From Granulicella sp. (GTDB lineage Bacteria > Acidobacteriota > Terriglobia > Terriglobales > Acidobacteriaceae), in NCBI GenBank assembly GCA_027339965.1, contig DAHWNL010000034.1, positions 32,001 to 96,000 on the forward strand: DNA of 64,000 nucleotides, written 5' to 3'. A program made the translations under genes and the position numbers. The notes below the pieces were generated by a model, which saw only the letters and a program-made list of their open reading frames with translations, did not search any database and was not told the origin of the DNA. Of the stretch, positions 1 through 9,817 are shown piece by piece (the first letter of the stretch is position 1; each line of letters opens with the position of its first letter).

Positions 1-140
1 GCTGCCTGGTACGACTCGAGCCGGCGTTGCCGCTCTGGCTCCAGCGCCTGGAGATGCGCCATCAACCCCTGCGGCCGCTACTCGATCGCATCCTCTTCGC
101 GACGTTCGATACTCTCACGAACTCTGAGGACTGGAGCTAG
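1..140 (-). pseudogene. Probable FliJ-like flagellar export protein remnant (no start codon, in-frame stop, apparent internal deletion); runs off the window edge
   Basis: Manual translation of the minus strand from 140: LAPVLRVRESIERREEDAIE*RPQGLMAHLQALEPERQRRLESYQA. The first part recalls the FliJ N-terminus (L..VLRVRE..E.REE) and the second its C-terminal coiled coil; TAG at 80-78. Confidence 0.45.
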
Positions 141-275
141 GCCAGGAGTTCCGGCGACCTGTCCGGGAAATCAAGAAACGACTCACGAGATGGAAGGGGA
201 GATGAGGGGCAGAGACGAAAATCGGAATGCGGAAAATCAGCGGTAAGGATACGCCACTCACCGGTTGACAATGAC

Positions 276-980
276 TCAGGTATCGCGAAGCTCGTACCCG
301 AAGCCCCGGATGGTGTGGGTGAGCTTTCGCTCGCCCGGCCCATCCACCTTGTCACGAACATATTTCATGTAGACATCCACGATATTGCTGGACGGATTGT
401 GCGGAGTGTCCCACACCTCTTCAAATAAGGTTGCTCTCGAAACCGGCCGTCCGGAGTGGCGCAGCATACAGTCCAGGATCGAGAACTCCCGCGGAGTAAG
501 ATCGATCCTCCGTCCATTCCGCTCCACAAGATGCTCTTCGCGGTAGAGCCTCAGATCACCCACCTCCGAGAGATTGGGAACAACACCGGAGTGCCGTCGC
601 AGCAGCGCTTGCACCCGGGCCAGCAGCTCCGCAAAGGAGAACGGCTTGCTGAGAAAATCGTCCGCCCCGCTCTGCAGCGCCCGTACCTTATCCTCAACCT
701 GACAGCGCGAGGTAAGGACCAGAATCGGCATTCGCGGTCGCATGGGCCGAACCCGCCGGATCAGTTCCAAGCCATCCAGACCGGGTAGATTCAACTCCAG
801 AATCGCTAGGTCAAAGCGTCTCTGACGGAGAGCGGAAAGTGCTGCCTCCCCGTCCGGCAGAATCTCGACGCGGTAGGACTCCGCCTCCAGCTCCTGCCGC
901 AAGAGATCGGCCAGGGACACATTCTCATCGACAATCAAGCAACTCAATCTGGCAACTGGTCCGAGATCACGCCGTGTCAT
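276..980 (-). CDS. OmpR/PhoB-family response regulator with atypical receiver (Glu at the phospho-acceptor position)
   Basis: Receiver motifs LIVDE, DLAILELNLPGLDG, ILVLTS, GADDFLSKPF; winged-helix LTPREF...VDVYMKYVRDKVD...HTIRGFGY. Start placed at ATG 980 (MTRRDL); the ORF-track extension to 1127 crosses AT-rich DNA. Confidence 0.93.
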   Translation of the reverse strand: MTRRDLGPVARLSCLIVDENVSLADLLRQELEAESYRVEILPDGEAALSALRQRRFDLAILELNLPGLDGLELIRRVRPMRPRMPILVLTSRCQVEDKVRALQSGADDFLSKPFSFAELLARVQALLRRHSGVVPNLSEVGDLRLYREEHLVERNGRRIDLTPREFSILDCMLRHSGRPVSRATLFEEVWDTPHNPSSNIVDVYMKYVRDKVDGPGERKLTHTIRGFGYELRDT

Positions 981-1239
981 CGCCTGGCCTTCTGTTCTCC
1001 GGTTCTTTGAAACACTTTTATGAATTTGAAGACTCCTTAAGATCATCTTTATCAATGATATAGAGAGTAACAATCCATATTCACTTGAATTGACTCTCGG
1101 GGCTTGCTCTCGTGACCGTCTCCTCATCCGGCTGCAGTGATTTCACTTTCCTCGAGCCATGCGCCCTACCGCAAGAGCTTCTTATCGAAATCTCATTCTT
1201 ATTTCCTGAAACGGTGGCGCGACGGTAAAATTCCGTCTT

Positions 1240-1276
1240 TGGGAACCAGAGTCGCCGATGGCGACCCTGGTTCCCA
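1240..1276. repeat. Inverted repeat / stable hairpin in the regulator-lexA divergent intergenic region
   Basis: TGGGAACCAG-a-GTCGCC-gat-GGCGAC-c-CTGGTTCCCA: 10-bp plus 6-bp stems with one mismatch. Confidence 0.75.
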
Positions 1277-1292
1277 GAACATCAGTCCTCCA

Positions 1293-1315
1293 ATTCGCCT
1301 TTTATTCGCTAGAAT
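1293..1315 (+). promoter_or_regulatory. Putative LexA operator (ATTC-N7-ATTC direct repeat) abutting a -10 box TAGAAT; leaderless lexA
   Basis: ATTCgccttttATTC at 1293-1307; TAGAAT at 1310-1315, 6 nt before ATG 1322; no Shine-Dalgarno sequence. Confidence 0.65.
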
Positions 1316-1321
1316 AGGCGC

Positions 1322-1927
1322 ATGGCTATCACCCGTCGGCAAAAAGAGGTTCTGGACTTCCTCACCGCCTTTACCGCCCGCAACGGCTACTCCCCGTCCT
1401 ATGAGGAGATTGCCTCGGGTCTCGGTCTGAGTTCCTTGGCCACTGTTCATAAGCACATCACCAATCTTCACGCCAAGGGCCTGCTCCAACGGGCGCAAAA
1501 CCGCAGCCGCTCCATTGACGTCGTACCCCAGCGAGCTGCGCGCAAGGCTGCGGACCGCCTTCCGCTCCTCGGGCGTATCGCGGCGGGCAAACCAGTCGAG
1601 GCCATTCAGGCCGCCGAGACCATCTCGCTGAGCGACATCATCGGAGCCCGTGAGGTCTTCGCTCTTGAAGTTCAGGGAGACTCCATGCGCGACGAACACA
1701 TCATCTCCGGCGACTACGTTTTAGTGGAACGAGCCCGCACGGCTCGCGAAGGAGAGATTGTCGTCGCGCTTGTGGACGGCTCCGACGCTACCCTCAAGCG
1801 CTTCTACCATGAGGGCAACCTGATCCGCCTGCAACCCTCCAACAGCGAGATGAAGCCCATCTATGCTCCCGCAGGCAGCGTCAGCATTCAAGGCAAGGTT
1901 CTGGGCGTGTTGCGGCGCTACAACTAA
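1322..1927 (+). CDS. lexA: SOS repressor LexA
   Basis: N-terminal HTH (TRRQKEVLDF...PSYEEIA), cleavage site GRIAAG, catalytic Ser in GDSM and Lys in TLKRF. Confidence 0.97.
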   Translation: MAITRRQKEVLDFLTAFTARNGYSPSYEEIASGLGLSSLATVHKHITNLHAKGLLQRAQNRSRSIDVVPQRAARKAADRLPLLGRIAAGKPVEAIQAAETISLSDIIGAREVFALEVQGDSMRDEHIISGDYVLVERARTAREGEIVVALVDGSDATLKRFYHEGNLIRLQPSNSEMKPIYAPAGSVSIQGKVLGVLRRYN

Positions 1928-2030
1928 CCCGCTGGCCCCCTCGCAACGGATCACCCGCAGGGAACCTGCCCTCTCCCATCTGCGTACTCTAGCTCCGAAG
2001 ATCAAACGTTCCATGACCTTTGGAGGCCTT

Positions 2031-2522
2031 GTGAACCCGTCTCAAAGAATCAAGTCAGGATCTGTCAGACGGCGAGGAATCATCCTCGCTGCCATACTTT
2101 GCGCTCTCAACGGCGACCGCGTGGTCGCTGCGCGAAGCATGGATCGCGCGGACCCCATCGACCCCTCCCATCCCGCCACGGCGCAGATTCGGGGTATCAA
2201 GCGTTCGGTGACGGTAACCGGAAAGGTACAGCCCATTGCCGGGGTGCAGCTCTCAATTGACAACTCGGAAGGAGAGCTCAAAGCAAGCTTGACGGCCTGC
2301 AAGGAGATCGTCCTCAAAGAGCATAAAAGCGCACTGACCATCCCCGAGCCGGCAGTGCTCGATCACGAGGATCGCAACGCCTCCGTCTGGGCGCCCGACA
2401 TCCATCGTCGGGATGGCCATCGTGGCATCGCCGTCAAAACCGGCATCTCCGCCGGCAGCCGGATGGAGGTTCTCTCCGACCTGAAGCCGGGAGTTCAGGT
2501 CATCCTGCAGCAAACATCCTAG
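2031..2522 (+). pseudogene. Internally deleted RND/MacA-type membrane-fusion (adaptor) protein remnant
   Basis: GGAGG then GTG 2031. N-terminal MFP motif (IKRSVTVTGKVQPI) is joined directly to C-terminal MFP motifs (IDNSEGELK...LTIPEPAV...VKTGIS...EVLSDLKPGVQVIL); only ~163 aa with no lipoyl or hairpin domains. Confidence 0.65.
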
Positions 2523-2681
2523 CCTGGCAGCGCTCGGTCCGGCCTCGCTCGAAGTGGCTCAAGTTTTCCAGCAGCAAACGGCGGAGCGCCAGACTCTCGA
2601 CCATCTCCACATGCAGGATTTTACCCCTGAACCCCATCGGAACCCTTCAACCTCAAACTCTCGTTGCAGGAGCGAATCAAC

Positions 2682-3554
2682 ATGAAACTTCCCTTGCTCA
2701 ACGGCCTCGTACTGGCGCCTGCACTTCTGCTGGCAGCCTCTCCAGCGGCGGTAGCTGCTGACAACCACTTCGAACGCACGCTAAACGTCTCCTCGCAGCC
2801 GGATCTCTATGTCTCGACGAACGACGGCGACATCACCATTCGCCCTGGAAGCGACAACCAGATCCACATCGTCGGCCATATTCATGCCGGTTGGACCTTC
2901 TTCGGCAACCCCCAGAAGCGGATCCAGCAAATCATTGACGATCCTCCCATCTCCGACAGCGGGAGCTCCATCCGAGTCGGCCAATCAGGTGATCCAGCCC
3001 TCTACAGGGGCTTGAGCATCGACTATGACATCTCAGCGCCTGCCTCCGTAGCGCTCAATCTGCGCAGTGCCTCGGGCGACATTCTGGTGGACCATGTGGG
3101 CCGCTTCCTCTCGGCGGCGAGCGGCTCAGGCGATTTGCGCGTCCACGAGATTAACGGCCCCGCCGAGTTGGTCAGCGGTTCCGGTGACATTGAACTTGAC
3201 GAGTCGGGCGCCGGCGACATCAAGGCTAGAACCGGATCAGGAGATATCAAGATCCACGGCTTCAACGGCGGTCTCACAGTACGCAGCGGCAGCGGAGATA
3301 TCCAGGCCGACGGCCGTCTCACCGGCCCGTCAACTCTCTCCTCGGGCTCTGGAGACATCAAACTGCACCTGACCCCGGAGGCTCACTTCAATCTGGAGGC
3401 GGCAACCGGCTCTGGAGATATCGACTTGAACTTTCCGGGCGCCCCCCGCCACAGCGACCGCTCGCGGCATCACCTCACAGCGCCGGTGAACGGCGGCGGC
3501 CCACCGCTGCAGATCCGCACCGGCTCCGGCGATATCAAGATCAACCGCCATTGA
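2682..3554 (+). CDS. Exported DUF4097-family beta-strand repeat protein
   Basis: Signal peptide followed by many (S/T)GSGD(I/L) repeats; AGGAG upstream of ATG 2682. Confidence 0.88.
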   Translation: MKLPLLNGLVLAPALLLAASPAAVAADNHFERTLNVSSQPDLYVSTNDGDITIRPGSDNQIHIVGHIHAGWTFFGNPQKRIQQIIDDPPISDSGSSIRVGQSGDPALYRGLSIDYDISAPASVALNLRSASGDILVDHVGRFLSAASGSGDLRVHEINGPAELVSGSGDIELDESGAGDIKARTGSGDIKIHGFNGGLTVRSGSGDIQADGRLTGPSTLSSGSGDIKLHLTPEAHFNLEAATGSGDIDLNFPGAPRHSDRSRHHLTAPVNGGGPPLQIRTGSGDIKINRH

Positions 3555-4158
3555 ATCGCGCAAACGGCGTGTGCACCATCAGATCCTCCTGGCGACCGTT
3601 CTTACGCTACCAACTTTTCCGGATGGAACAAACCGCCGCGACAGCAACCGAAGGGAGCTCTCATCAAGCTGCTCAAAAGGCGAGTCACACCCAGATAGGG
3701 AGAAGAGTCTCCATCAGCGCAGATCATCCGCCCGGAAAACGCGAAAGTACTGCTCTCTGCTGCGGTCCAGCGTGCGTTTGAAACTCATCGCTGGAGTCGC
3801 CCCGTCGGCTTTGCAGTTCCGCGCGAAACACTCAGGCAGCAAAACCAATTTGTCGCATTTTTCAGCGTGGACGCAAGAATAGAGGCTGTCTCCGGCGGAG
3901 AGCAAACTACCAAGGGGCATCCACGTGAGACTTTCCAACGCCGAAAAGGGGCGGGGAGCGATGATGGATGTCCTTCCCGCCCCCCTCCCCAAAACATGCC
4001 ATCCTATTCTCCATGGGACGTTTTGACTCAGCGGCAACCCTGTGCGCCATTCGGCTTCCCGGATGGATACGGCAGACTGCTCCTGTCTCCAGCAATCTGC
4101 CGGGCGTCAGGGCGTTCACCCTCGCACGACGTCCACAGGGCTCAGGCTTATTCCACTC

Positions 4159-5943
4159 TCACAACGTGTAACGGCCGGCTTCCACCATCGCAGCCGCAAT
4201 CTCCCGGCCCAGCGTGACCGTATTCACCGGCTCGTGCTGGGCCAGTCTGCGGAAGATCGTCATCTGCGTGCGCAGCATGTCTCCTTCGGCCACCGCGGCC
4301 AGCACACGCTCGGCTGCCGTCTCCACAATACGGAATGAACGAGCCGCATAGTACTTGGTCATCTTCACAGCCAGCTCATTCTTGCCCGCCATCTTTTCCG
4401 TCCGCAGGATCGCCGACTCCAGCGCCAGCACTTCTATCAAAACATCGGCCAGCGCTCCCATTATCTCCTGCTGCTCGGCCATGTCCGTCCCAAAACGCTG
4501 TGAAGCGGAACCGGCGCAGAATAGCCCCAGCTTCTTCGCACTGGCCAGCAGCGAACGCTCCTCTGCCAGCGGCCCGTCAAAGCTGTCGCGCGCGCTGGAA
4601 CCCGCCATCACCTCGTCCATCACTCGCTTCATCGCCGGCAGCAGCGCCAGTCGGCCCTGCTGTGCTCGCTTGATCATCCATCCTGTAATAATCAATCGAT
4701 TGATCTCATTGGTGCCCTCGAAGATCCGGTTGATCCGGGCGTCGCGATAGCTGCGTTCGGCGGGAAACTCCTCCACGTAACCGTAGCCGCCGTGCAACTG
4801 CAACATCTCGTCCACCATGCGATCCAGCATCTCCGAACCCCACACCTTCAGAATCGAGCACTCGACAGCGAACTCCTCGATCCTCTTCTGTACCTCCTGG
4901 GTATAGTCCGGCGAGTGCTTATCCAGCCCCTGCAAGGCCACATCGATCGCTCCTACCGTGCGATAGACCAGCGCCTCTCCGGCATAGATGCCCGCGGCAC
5001 AGGTGGCGATCTTCTCCTGGATCAGACCAAAGGAGGTGATGGGTTTGCCGAATGCAATCCTCTCCCGGGCATAGCGCAGGCCGTCGCGAAAGGCCTTGCG
5101 AGCCCCGCCGATGGCCGCCGCAGCCAGCTTGTACCGTCCCACGTTGAGCACGTTGAACGCAATATGATGCCCCTTGCCAGCCTCACCCAGCAGATTCTCC
5201 ACCGGAACTTTGCAATCCTCCAGGCGCAGCGGGCAGGTAGACGACCCGCGAATGCCAAGCTTGTGCTCTTCAGCCGCCACGGTCAATCCCGGCGTTCCGG
5301 CCTCCACCAGAAATGCTGTGAACTTCTCGCCATCGATCTTGGCAAAGATCGTGAAGATGTTCGCCATGCCTGCATTGGAGATCCACATCTTCTCTCCATT
5401 GAGGACGTAGTGCCTGCCATCTGGCGTCAACTTCGCCTGGGTGCGGATGTTCATCGCATCGGATCCAGCCGAGGACTCCGACAGAGCATAGGCCGCAATC
5501 CATTCTCCACTGGCGATTTTGGGCAGGTACTTTGCCTTCTGCTCTGGTGTTCCGTACCACATCAGTGGCAGAGTTCCAATGCCTGCATGCGCGCTGAAAG
5601 TCACCGAGAAGCTGCCGGAGACCGCAATCCGCTCGGCGATCAGCGCCGAGGTCACCTTGTCCAGTTCCAGCCCTCCGTACTCCTCCGGCACATCAACGCC
5701 AAGAAGTCCCAACTCGCCGGCCTCGCGCATCAACTCACGGCTCACCGCAAAGTTCTTCGCCTCGATCTCCGGCACGCGAGGAAGGATCTTTTCTTCAGCA
5801 AAGTTCGCCGTCATCTCCGCAATCTGCCGCTGTTCCGGTGAAAGATCCTCGGGCGTAAAGACATCCTGCGGACCCAGATCCTCGATCAGAAAACTTCCAC
5901 CCGACTCCCGCTGCATGCGCTTCTCAACTGCCGCTGTTCCCAT
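4159..5943 (-). CDS. fadE: Acyl-CoA dehydrogenase (long, FadE/VLCAD type)
   Basis: AYALSESSAGSDA, LNGEKMWISNA, KLGIRGSST, QLHGGYGY, RIFEGTNEINR motifs plus C-terminal extension; 594 aa. Confidence 0.93.
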   Translation of the reverse strand: MGTAAVEKRMQRESGGSFLIEDLGPQDVFTPEDLSPEQRQIAEMTANFAEEKILPRVPEIEAKNFAVSRELMREAGELGLLGVDVPEEYGGLELDKVTSALIAERIAVSGSFSVTFSAHAGIGTLPLMWYGTPEQKAKYLPKIASGEWIAAYALSESSAGSDAMNIRTQAKLTPDGRHYVLNGEKMWISNAGMANIFTIFAKIDGEKFTAFLVEAGTPGLTVAAEEHKLGIRGSSTCPLRLEDCKVPVENLLGEAGKGHHIAFNVLNVGRYKLAAAAIGGARKAFRDGLRYARERIAFGKPITSFGLIQEKIATCAAGIYAGEALVYRTVGAIDVALQGLDKHSPDYTQEVQKRIEEFAVECSILKVWGSEMLDRMVDEMLQLHGGYGYVEEFPAERSYRDARINRIFEGTNEINRLIITGWMIKRAQQGRLALLPAMKRVMDEVMAGSSARDSFDGPLAEERSLLASAKKLGLFCAGSASQRFGTDMAEQQEIMGALADVLIEVLALESAILRTEKMAGKNELAVKMTKYYAARSFRIVETAAERVLAAVAEGDMLRTQMTIFRRLAQHEPVNTVTLGREIAAAMVEAGRYTL

Positions 5944-5983
5944 CGTCTCTTCTCCTGCTTCTTTGCTGTTGTCTTCTCAGCCT

Positions 5984-7168
5984 TTAATTCTGCAGATTTT
6001 CAAAGATCCCGGCAGCGCCCATTCCGCCGCCGACACACATGGTCACCAAACCATACTTCGCTTTGCGCCGCTTCATCTCGCCCAGCAGCGTCGCCGTCAG
6101 TTTGGCGCCAGTGCAGCCCAGCGGATGTCCCAGGGCAATCGCTCCTCCATTGACATTCACCCGCTCCTCATCCAGTCCCAGTGTCCGGATCACGGCCAAC
6201 GACTGCGCCGCAAAGGCCTCATTGAGCTCAATGACGTCGATGTCCTTGAGCGTAAGCCCGGCCATCTTCAACGCCTTTGGAACGGCATGGACCGGTCCAA
6301 TGCCCATCTCCTCAGGAGCACATCCCGCATAAGCGAAGGAGACGAAGCGGGCCAGAGGCTTGGCTTCCAGGGCCAAGGCATGCTGCTCAGACATCACCAC
6401 TGCCGCGGCAGCGCCATCTGAGGTCTGCGAACTGTTCCCTGCCGTCACCACTCCTTTGGCATGGAACGCCGGGCGCAGCTTGGCCAGCGCCTCCGCAGAG
6501 GTATCCGCCCGCGGCCCCTCATCCACCAGAAACTCTTTCTCCACCAGGACCGGCTTTCCACCTCCATTCCAGCTTGTAGACTTCACCGTCACGGGAACAA
6601 TCTCGTCAGCAAAACGGCCCTCGGCAACCGCCGCCAGCGCCTTTTGATGGCTGCGCAGGGCAAACGCGTCGCAGTCTTCGCGGCTTACGCCGTAGTGCTT
6701 GGCCACCCGCTCCGCGGTCAGTCCCATTGACATATAAGCGCCTGGAACGTTGTCGACGAGCCAAGGATTGGCCGAGATCTTGTTACCTCCAAAGGGAACA
6801 CAGGACATGGACTCCGTGCCCCCGGCTACGATCACCTCAGCGCCTCCGCCGCGAATCCGCTCCGCCGCCAGCGCAATGGCTTGCAGTCCCGAGGCGCAGT
6901 AGCGATTCACCGTCATCGCCGCGGACTCTACCGGCAGCCTGGCCCGCAGCGCGATCAACCGCGCCACATTCATGCCCTGCTCTCCCTCCGGCATCGCGCA
7001 GCCCATGATCACATCTTCAATCTGGCTCGCGTTCAACATCGGAACGCGTTCCAGCGCTCCCATCACGGCGATTGCGCCCAGGTCATCCGGCCGGCTGTTC
7101 TTCAAGGTCCCCCGCGGAGCCTTGCCGACCGCCGTGCGAACTGCGCTAACCAGAACTGCGTCTCTCAT
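5984..7168 (-). CDS. fadA: Acetyl-CoA C-acyltransferase (thiolase)
   Basis: [22 protein letters not shown] and CVGGGMG thiolase motifs. Confidence 0.96.
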   Translation of the reverse strand: MRDAVLVSAVRTAVGKAPRGTLKNSRPDDLGAIAVMGALERVPMLNASQIEDVIMGCAMPEGEQGMNVARLIALRARLPVESAAMTVNRYCASGLQAIALAAERIRGGGAEVIVAGGTESMSCVPFGGNKISANPWLVDNVPGAYMSMGLTAERVAKHYGVSREDCDAFALRSHQKALAAVAEGRFADEIVPVTVKSTSWNGGGKPVLVEKEFLVDEGPRADTSAEALAKLRPAFHAKGVVTAGNSSQTSDGAAAAVVMSEQHALALEAKPLARFVSFAYAGCAPEEMGIGPVHAVPKALKMAGLTLKDIDVIELNEAFAAQSLAVIRTLGLDEERVNVNGGAIALGHPLGCTGAKLTATLLGEMKRRKAKYGLVTMCVGGGMGAAGIFENLQN

Positions 7169-7242
7169 CTTCCACCCCTTCCGGCTCTTTTCTCACAGCT
7201 TTGCGTTGCCATCTGTAGTCCGCGCCACGCCGGGCGCGATCC

Positions 7243-9681
7243 CTAGTTGCGCAAGGGCTTTCCTGTCTTCAGCGTGAATCCAACCCGCTCCAGCGTCTTC
7301 GCCTCGCCACAGAGTGACAGGAAGGCCTCTCGCTCCAGGTCGAGCAGGTACCGTTCGCTCAGCATAGTTCCCGCCGTCACGCCCCCACCCGTCAGCACCC
7401 TGGCTACGTGGTTGGCGATCTTTGCGTCGTGCGGACTGATGTACTGAGCCTCTAGCATCATGTTGACGCTCAGCCGTAGGGTCGCCTCCACTGAAGTCCC
7501 TGGAGCGGCAAGATCAGTTCGCAGCACCGGTGCCGTGTAGCCCGCCTGCGCCAAGCCCAGCGCCTGCTCCTTGGCGTCATGTACCAGCCGATCGCGGTTC
7601 ATCGAAATCCCATCATGGGCACCCACAATCCGCAGAGCCCGAGCTTCAAAGGCTGAGGTAGATACCTTGGCCATCGCAATCGTTTCAAAGATCCCCTTAA
7701 CGGCCTCGTACACCTCCACAGACTCCGCTCCGCCGCCAGGATGCACTGCCGCCGCCGAATCCAGCGCGCGCAGCACCATCTCCTTGCAGCCGCCGCCGGC
7801 GGGAAGCAGCCCCACGCCGGTCTCCACCAGCCCGCTGTAAAGCTCGATATGTGGCTGGCGCAACGCAGAGTGCAGGCAGATCTCCGTGCCTCCGCCCAGG
7901 CACATGCCAAAGGGCGCGGATACCACCGGGCGAGGGCAGAACTTGATGCTCTGCGTCATGGCCTGGAACTCGCGCACCACCAGGTCAATCTCATCCCACT
8001 CCTTGTCCTGAATCGCCAGCAATAGCTGCATCAGGTTTGCGCCAACCGAGAAGTTCTGCGCGTCACTGGTAATGATGAAACCGGTGAAGTGCTTCACGGC
8101 ATCCCCTTCCGGATGCAGATGTTTACGCAGAAAGCTCACGATGTCCTGACCAAGACTGTTCATCTTGGAGTGAAACTCGAAGCACCCAATTCCATCGCCG
8201 ACATCGATCAAGGAGACCCCGGGATTCTTCGCATAGACTCCATTGGTACGCTTGTAGCCGGCAACCGGCGCCAACTCCAGGGCAAGATTCACTGGCCGGT
8301 AACTTGCCGTCGCTGGATCGAAGAACTCGGCACCCTCTTCGCGATACCAGGAACTTCCGCCGGCGGCAAGCAGCCTTTCTACCGCCTCCGGCACGGGTAG
8401 CGAGGCCTCCCGCATTCTCGCAACCGTCTCCACAACCCCGGCCGCATCCCACATCGCAAACGGCCCTAGCTCCCAGTTGAACCCCGCCTTCATGGCGCGA
8501 TCGATCTCGACAATCGTATCGGCCACCTCTCCAATGCGATTGGCCGCGTATGTCCACATCTCCGGCAGAACCTGCCAGTAGAACTTCGCCACTTTGTCCT
8601 TAGCCGGGTTTCCGCTCAACAGAGCGCGAATCCTGCTCGGGAGCGAATCATTGGCCTTCGCCATCTCAATCTCCGGAAACGAGACCTTCGCCGCCGGCTT
8701 GTACTCCATCGTGCCAAGGTCCAGCACCAGCCGAAGCTCTTTGCCGTCCGCTGCGCGCGCCTTCTTATAAAACCCCTGCTGAGTCTTGTCCCCCAGCCAC
8801 TTGCGCGCCATCATCTCGGCGATCATCGGCGGCAGGGTCACGTCCGCCCGCTCATCCCGGATGTTGGCCTCAAAGTTTTTCGCTACGTTACCCAGCACAT
8901 CGATACCAACCATGTCGGCCAGACGAAAGGTGCCGGTCTTGGGCCATCCCATCGCCGCTCCCGTCAGCAGGTCAATCTCTTCAATGCTCAGCCCCTGCAG
9001 CTTCATGACGCGTAGCGTGTTGAGCATGCAGAAGGTGCCAATCCGATTCGCGATAAAGTTGGGAACGTCCTTGGCCATTACTACCGTCTTGCCTAGCCTT
9101 TTATCGGCAAACTGCGCAATGGCCATCAAGGCCTTCGGATCCGACTCCAGTGTGCGTATCAGCTCCAAGAGCCGCATGTATCTCGGCGGATTGAAGAAGT
9201 GCGTTCCGAACCAACGCTCTCGCACATGCTCCGGCAACGCCTCCGCAATCCTGGCCACCGGCAACCCGCTGGTGTTGGTGGTCAGGATGGCGTCGGCACG
9301 CAAAAACTCCACTACCTTGCTGAGCAGATTCTGCTTGATCTCCATGTTCTCGGCGACCACTTCGATCACCCAGTCGCAATCCTTCAGCCTCGGCAGATCG
9401 TCTTCAAAGTTCCCCACGCTCACCCGGCTGGCAAATGAGGGGTCCGCGAACGCCGCAGGCTTAGACCGCTTCAGCATCTCCAGCGCCCCAGCCGCCAGAC
9501 TGTTTCTCTCTCCGCTACTGGGAACCATGTCTAGCAGTAATACCGGCAGACCGGCGTTGGCCACATGCGCCGCAATGCGCGCTCCCATGGTTCCCGCGCC
9601 CAGAACCGCCACCCGCCGCACATCGTAGGAATGCTCTTGCTCATGTTCACCCATGTTTTCCTGTCCATCCTTCTCGCGCAT
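7243..9681 (-). CDS. fadN: 3-hydroxyacyl-CoA dehydrogenase / enoyl-CoA hydratase (FadN type)
   Basis: VAVLGAGTMG Rossmann motif, TNTSG, HFFNPPRY, C-terminal crotonase-like domain ending TGKPLRN. Start is 9681 or 9654. Confidence 0.93.
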   Translation of the reverse strand: MREKDGQENMGEHEQEHSYDVRRVAVLGAGTMGARIAAHVANAGLPVLLLDMVPSSGERNSLAAGALEMLKRSKPAAFADPSFASRVSVGNFEDDLPRLKDCDWVIEVVAENMEIKQNLLSKVVEFLRADAILTTNTSGLPVARIAEALPEHVRERWFGTHFFNPPRYMRLLELIRTLESDPKALMAIAQFADKRLGKTVVMAKDVPNFIANRIGTFCMLNTLRVMKLQGLSIEEIDLLTGAAMGWPKTGTFRLADMVGIDVLGNVAKNFEANIRDERADVTLPPMIAEMMARKWLGDKTQQGFYKKARAADGKELRLVLDLGTMEYKPAAKVSFPEIEMAKANDSLPSRIRALLSGNPAKDKVAKFYWQVLPEMWTYAANRIGEVADTIVEIDRAMKAGFNWELGPFAMWDAAGVVETVARMREASLPVPEAVERLLAAGGSSWYREEGAEFFDPATASYRPVNLALELAPVAGYKRTNGVYAKNPGVSLIDVGDGIGCFEFHSKMNSLGQDIVSFLRKHLHPEGDAVKHFTGFIITSDAQNFSVGANLMQLLLAIQDKEWDEIDLVVREFQAMTQSIKFCPRPVVSAPFGMCLGGGTEICLHSALRQPHIELYSGLVETGVGLLPAGGGCKEMVLRALDSAAAVHPGGGAESVEVYEAVKGIFETIAMAKVSTSAFEARALRIVGAHDGISMNRDRLVHDAKEQALGLAQAGYTAPVLRTDLAAPGTSVEATLRLSVNMMLEAQYISPHDAKIANHVARVLTGGGVTAGTMLSERYLLDLEREAFLSLCGEAKTLERVGFTLKTGKPLRN

Positions 9682-9787
9682 TCTCTGCTCCCCTTCCAGC
9701 ACGCCACAGGAGTCAGCGCTGCCGGCCACGGCCAACCGCGCCAACGTACGACAACAAAGAATTTGCGCCGCATACTCCAGCCCGTGA

Positions 9788-9817
9788 AGAATACTGAACG
9801 AGCGGTAAAAAAGTCAA
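9788..9817 (-). promoter_or_regulatory. Sigma70-type promoter of the fadN operon with an overlapping imperfect palindrome
   Basis: Minus strand TTGACT-N18-TATTCT; the spacer contains TGAACG-AG-CGGTAA (plus strand 9795-9808). Confidence 0.6.

Noticed and set aside
2639..2665. Possible ECF sigma promoter (GGAACC-N17-CGTT) before the DUF4097 gene; similar weak GCAAC-N15-GCATCT at minus 37206-37181
   Set aside because: Short motifs with uncertain spacing; cannot be distinguished from chance without TSS data.
3060..3545. Recurring GGCTCCGGCGA-like sequences suggesting a repeat array or CRISPR
   Set aside because: They are the coding GSGD repeats of the DUF4097 protein, degenerate at third positions, with no spacer structure.
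4792..9628. Long antisense ORFs (e.g. 4792-5841, 5519-6421, 8786-9628) and similar ones elsewhere
   Set aside because: They shadow well-supported genes on the other strand, as expected in high-GC DNA, and show no recognisable motifs.
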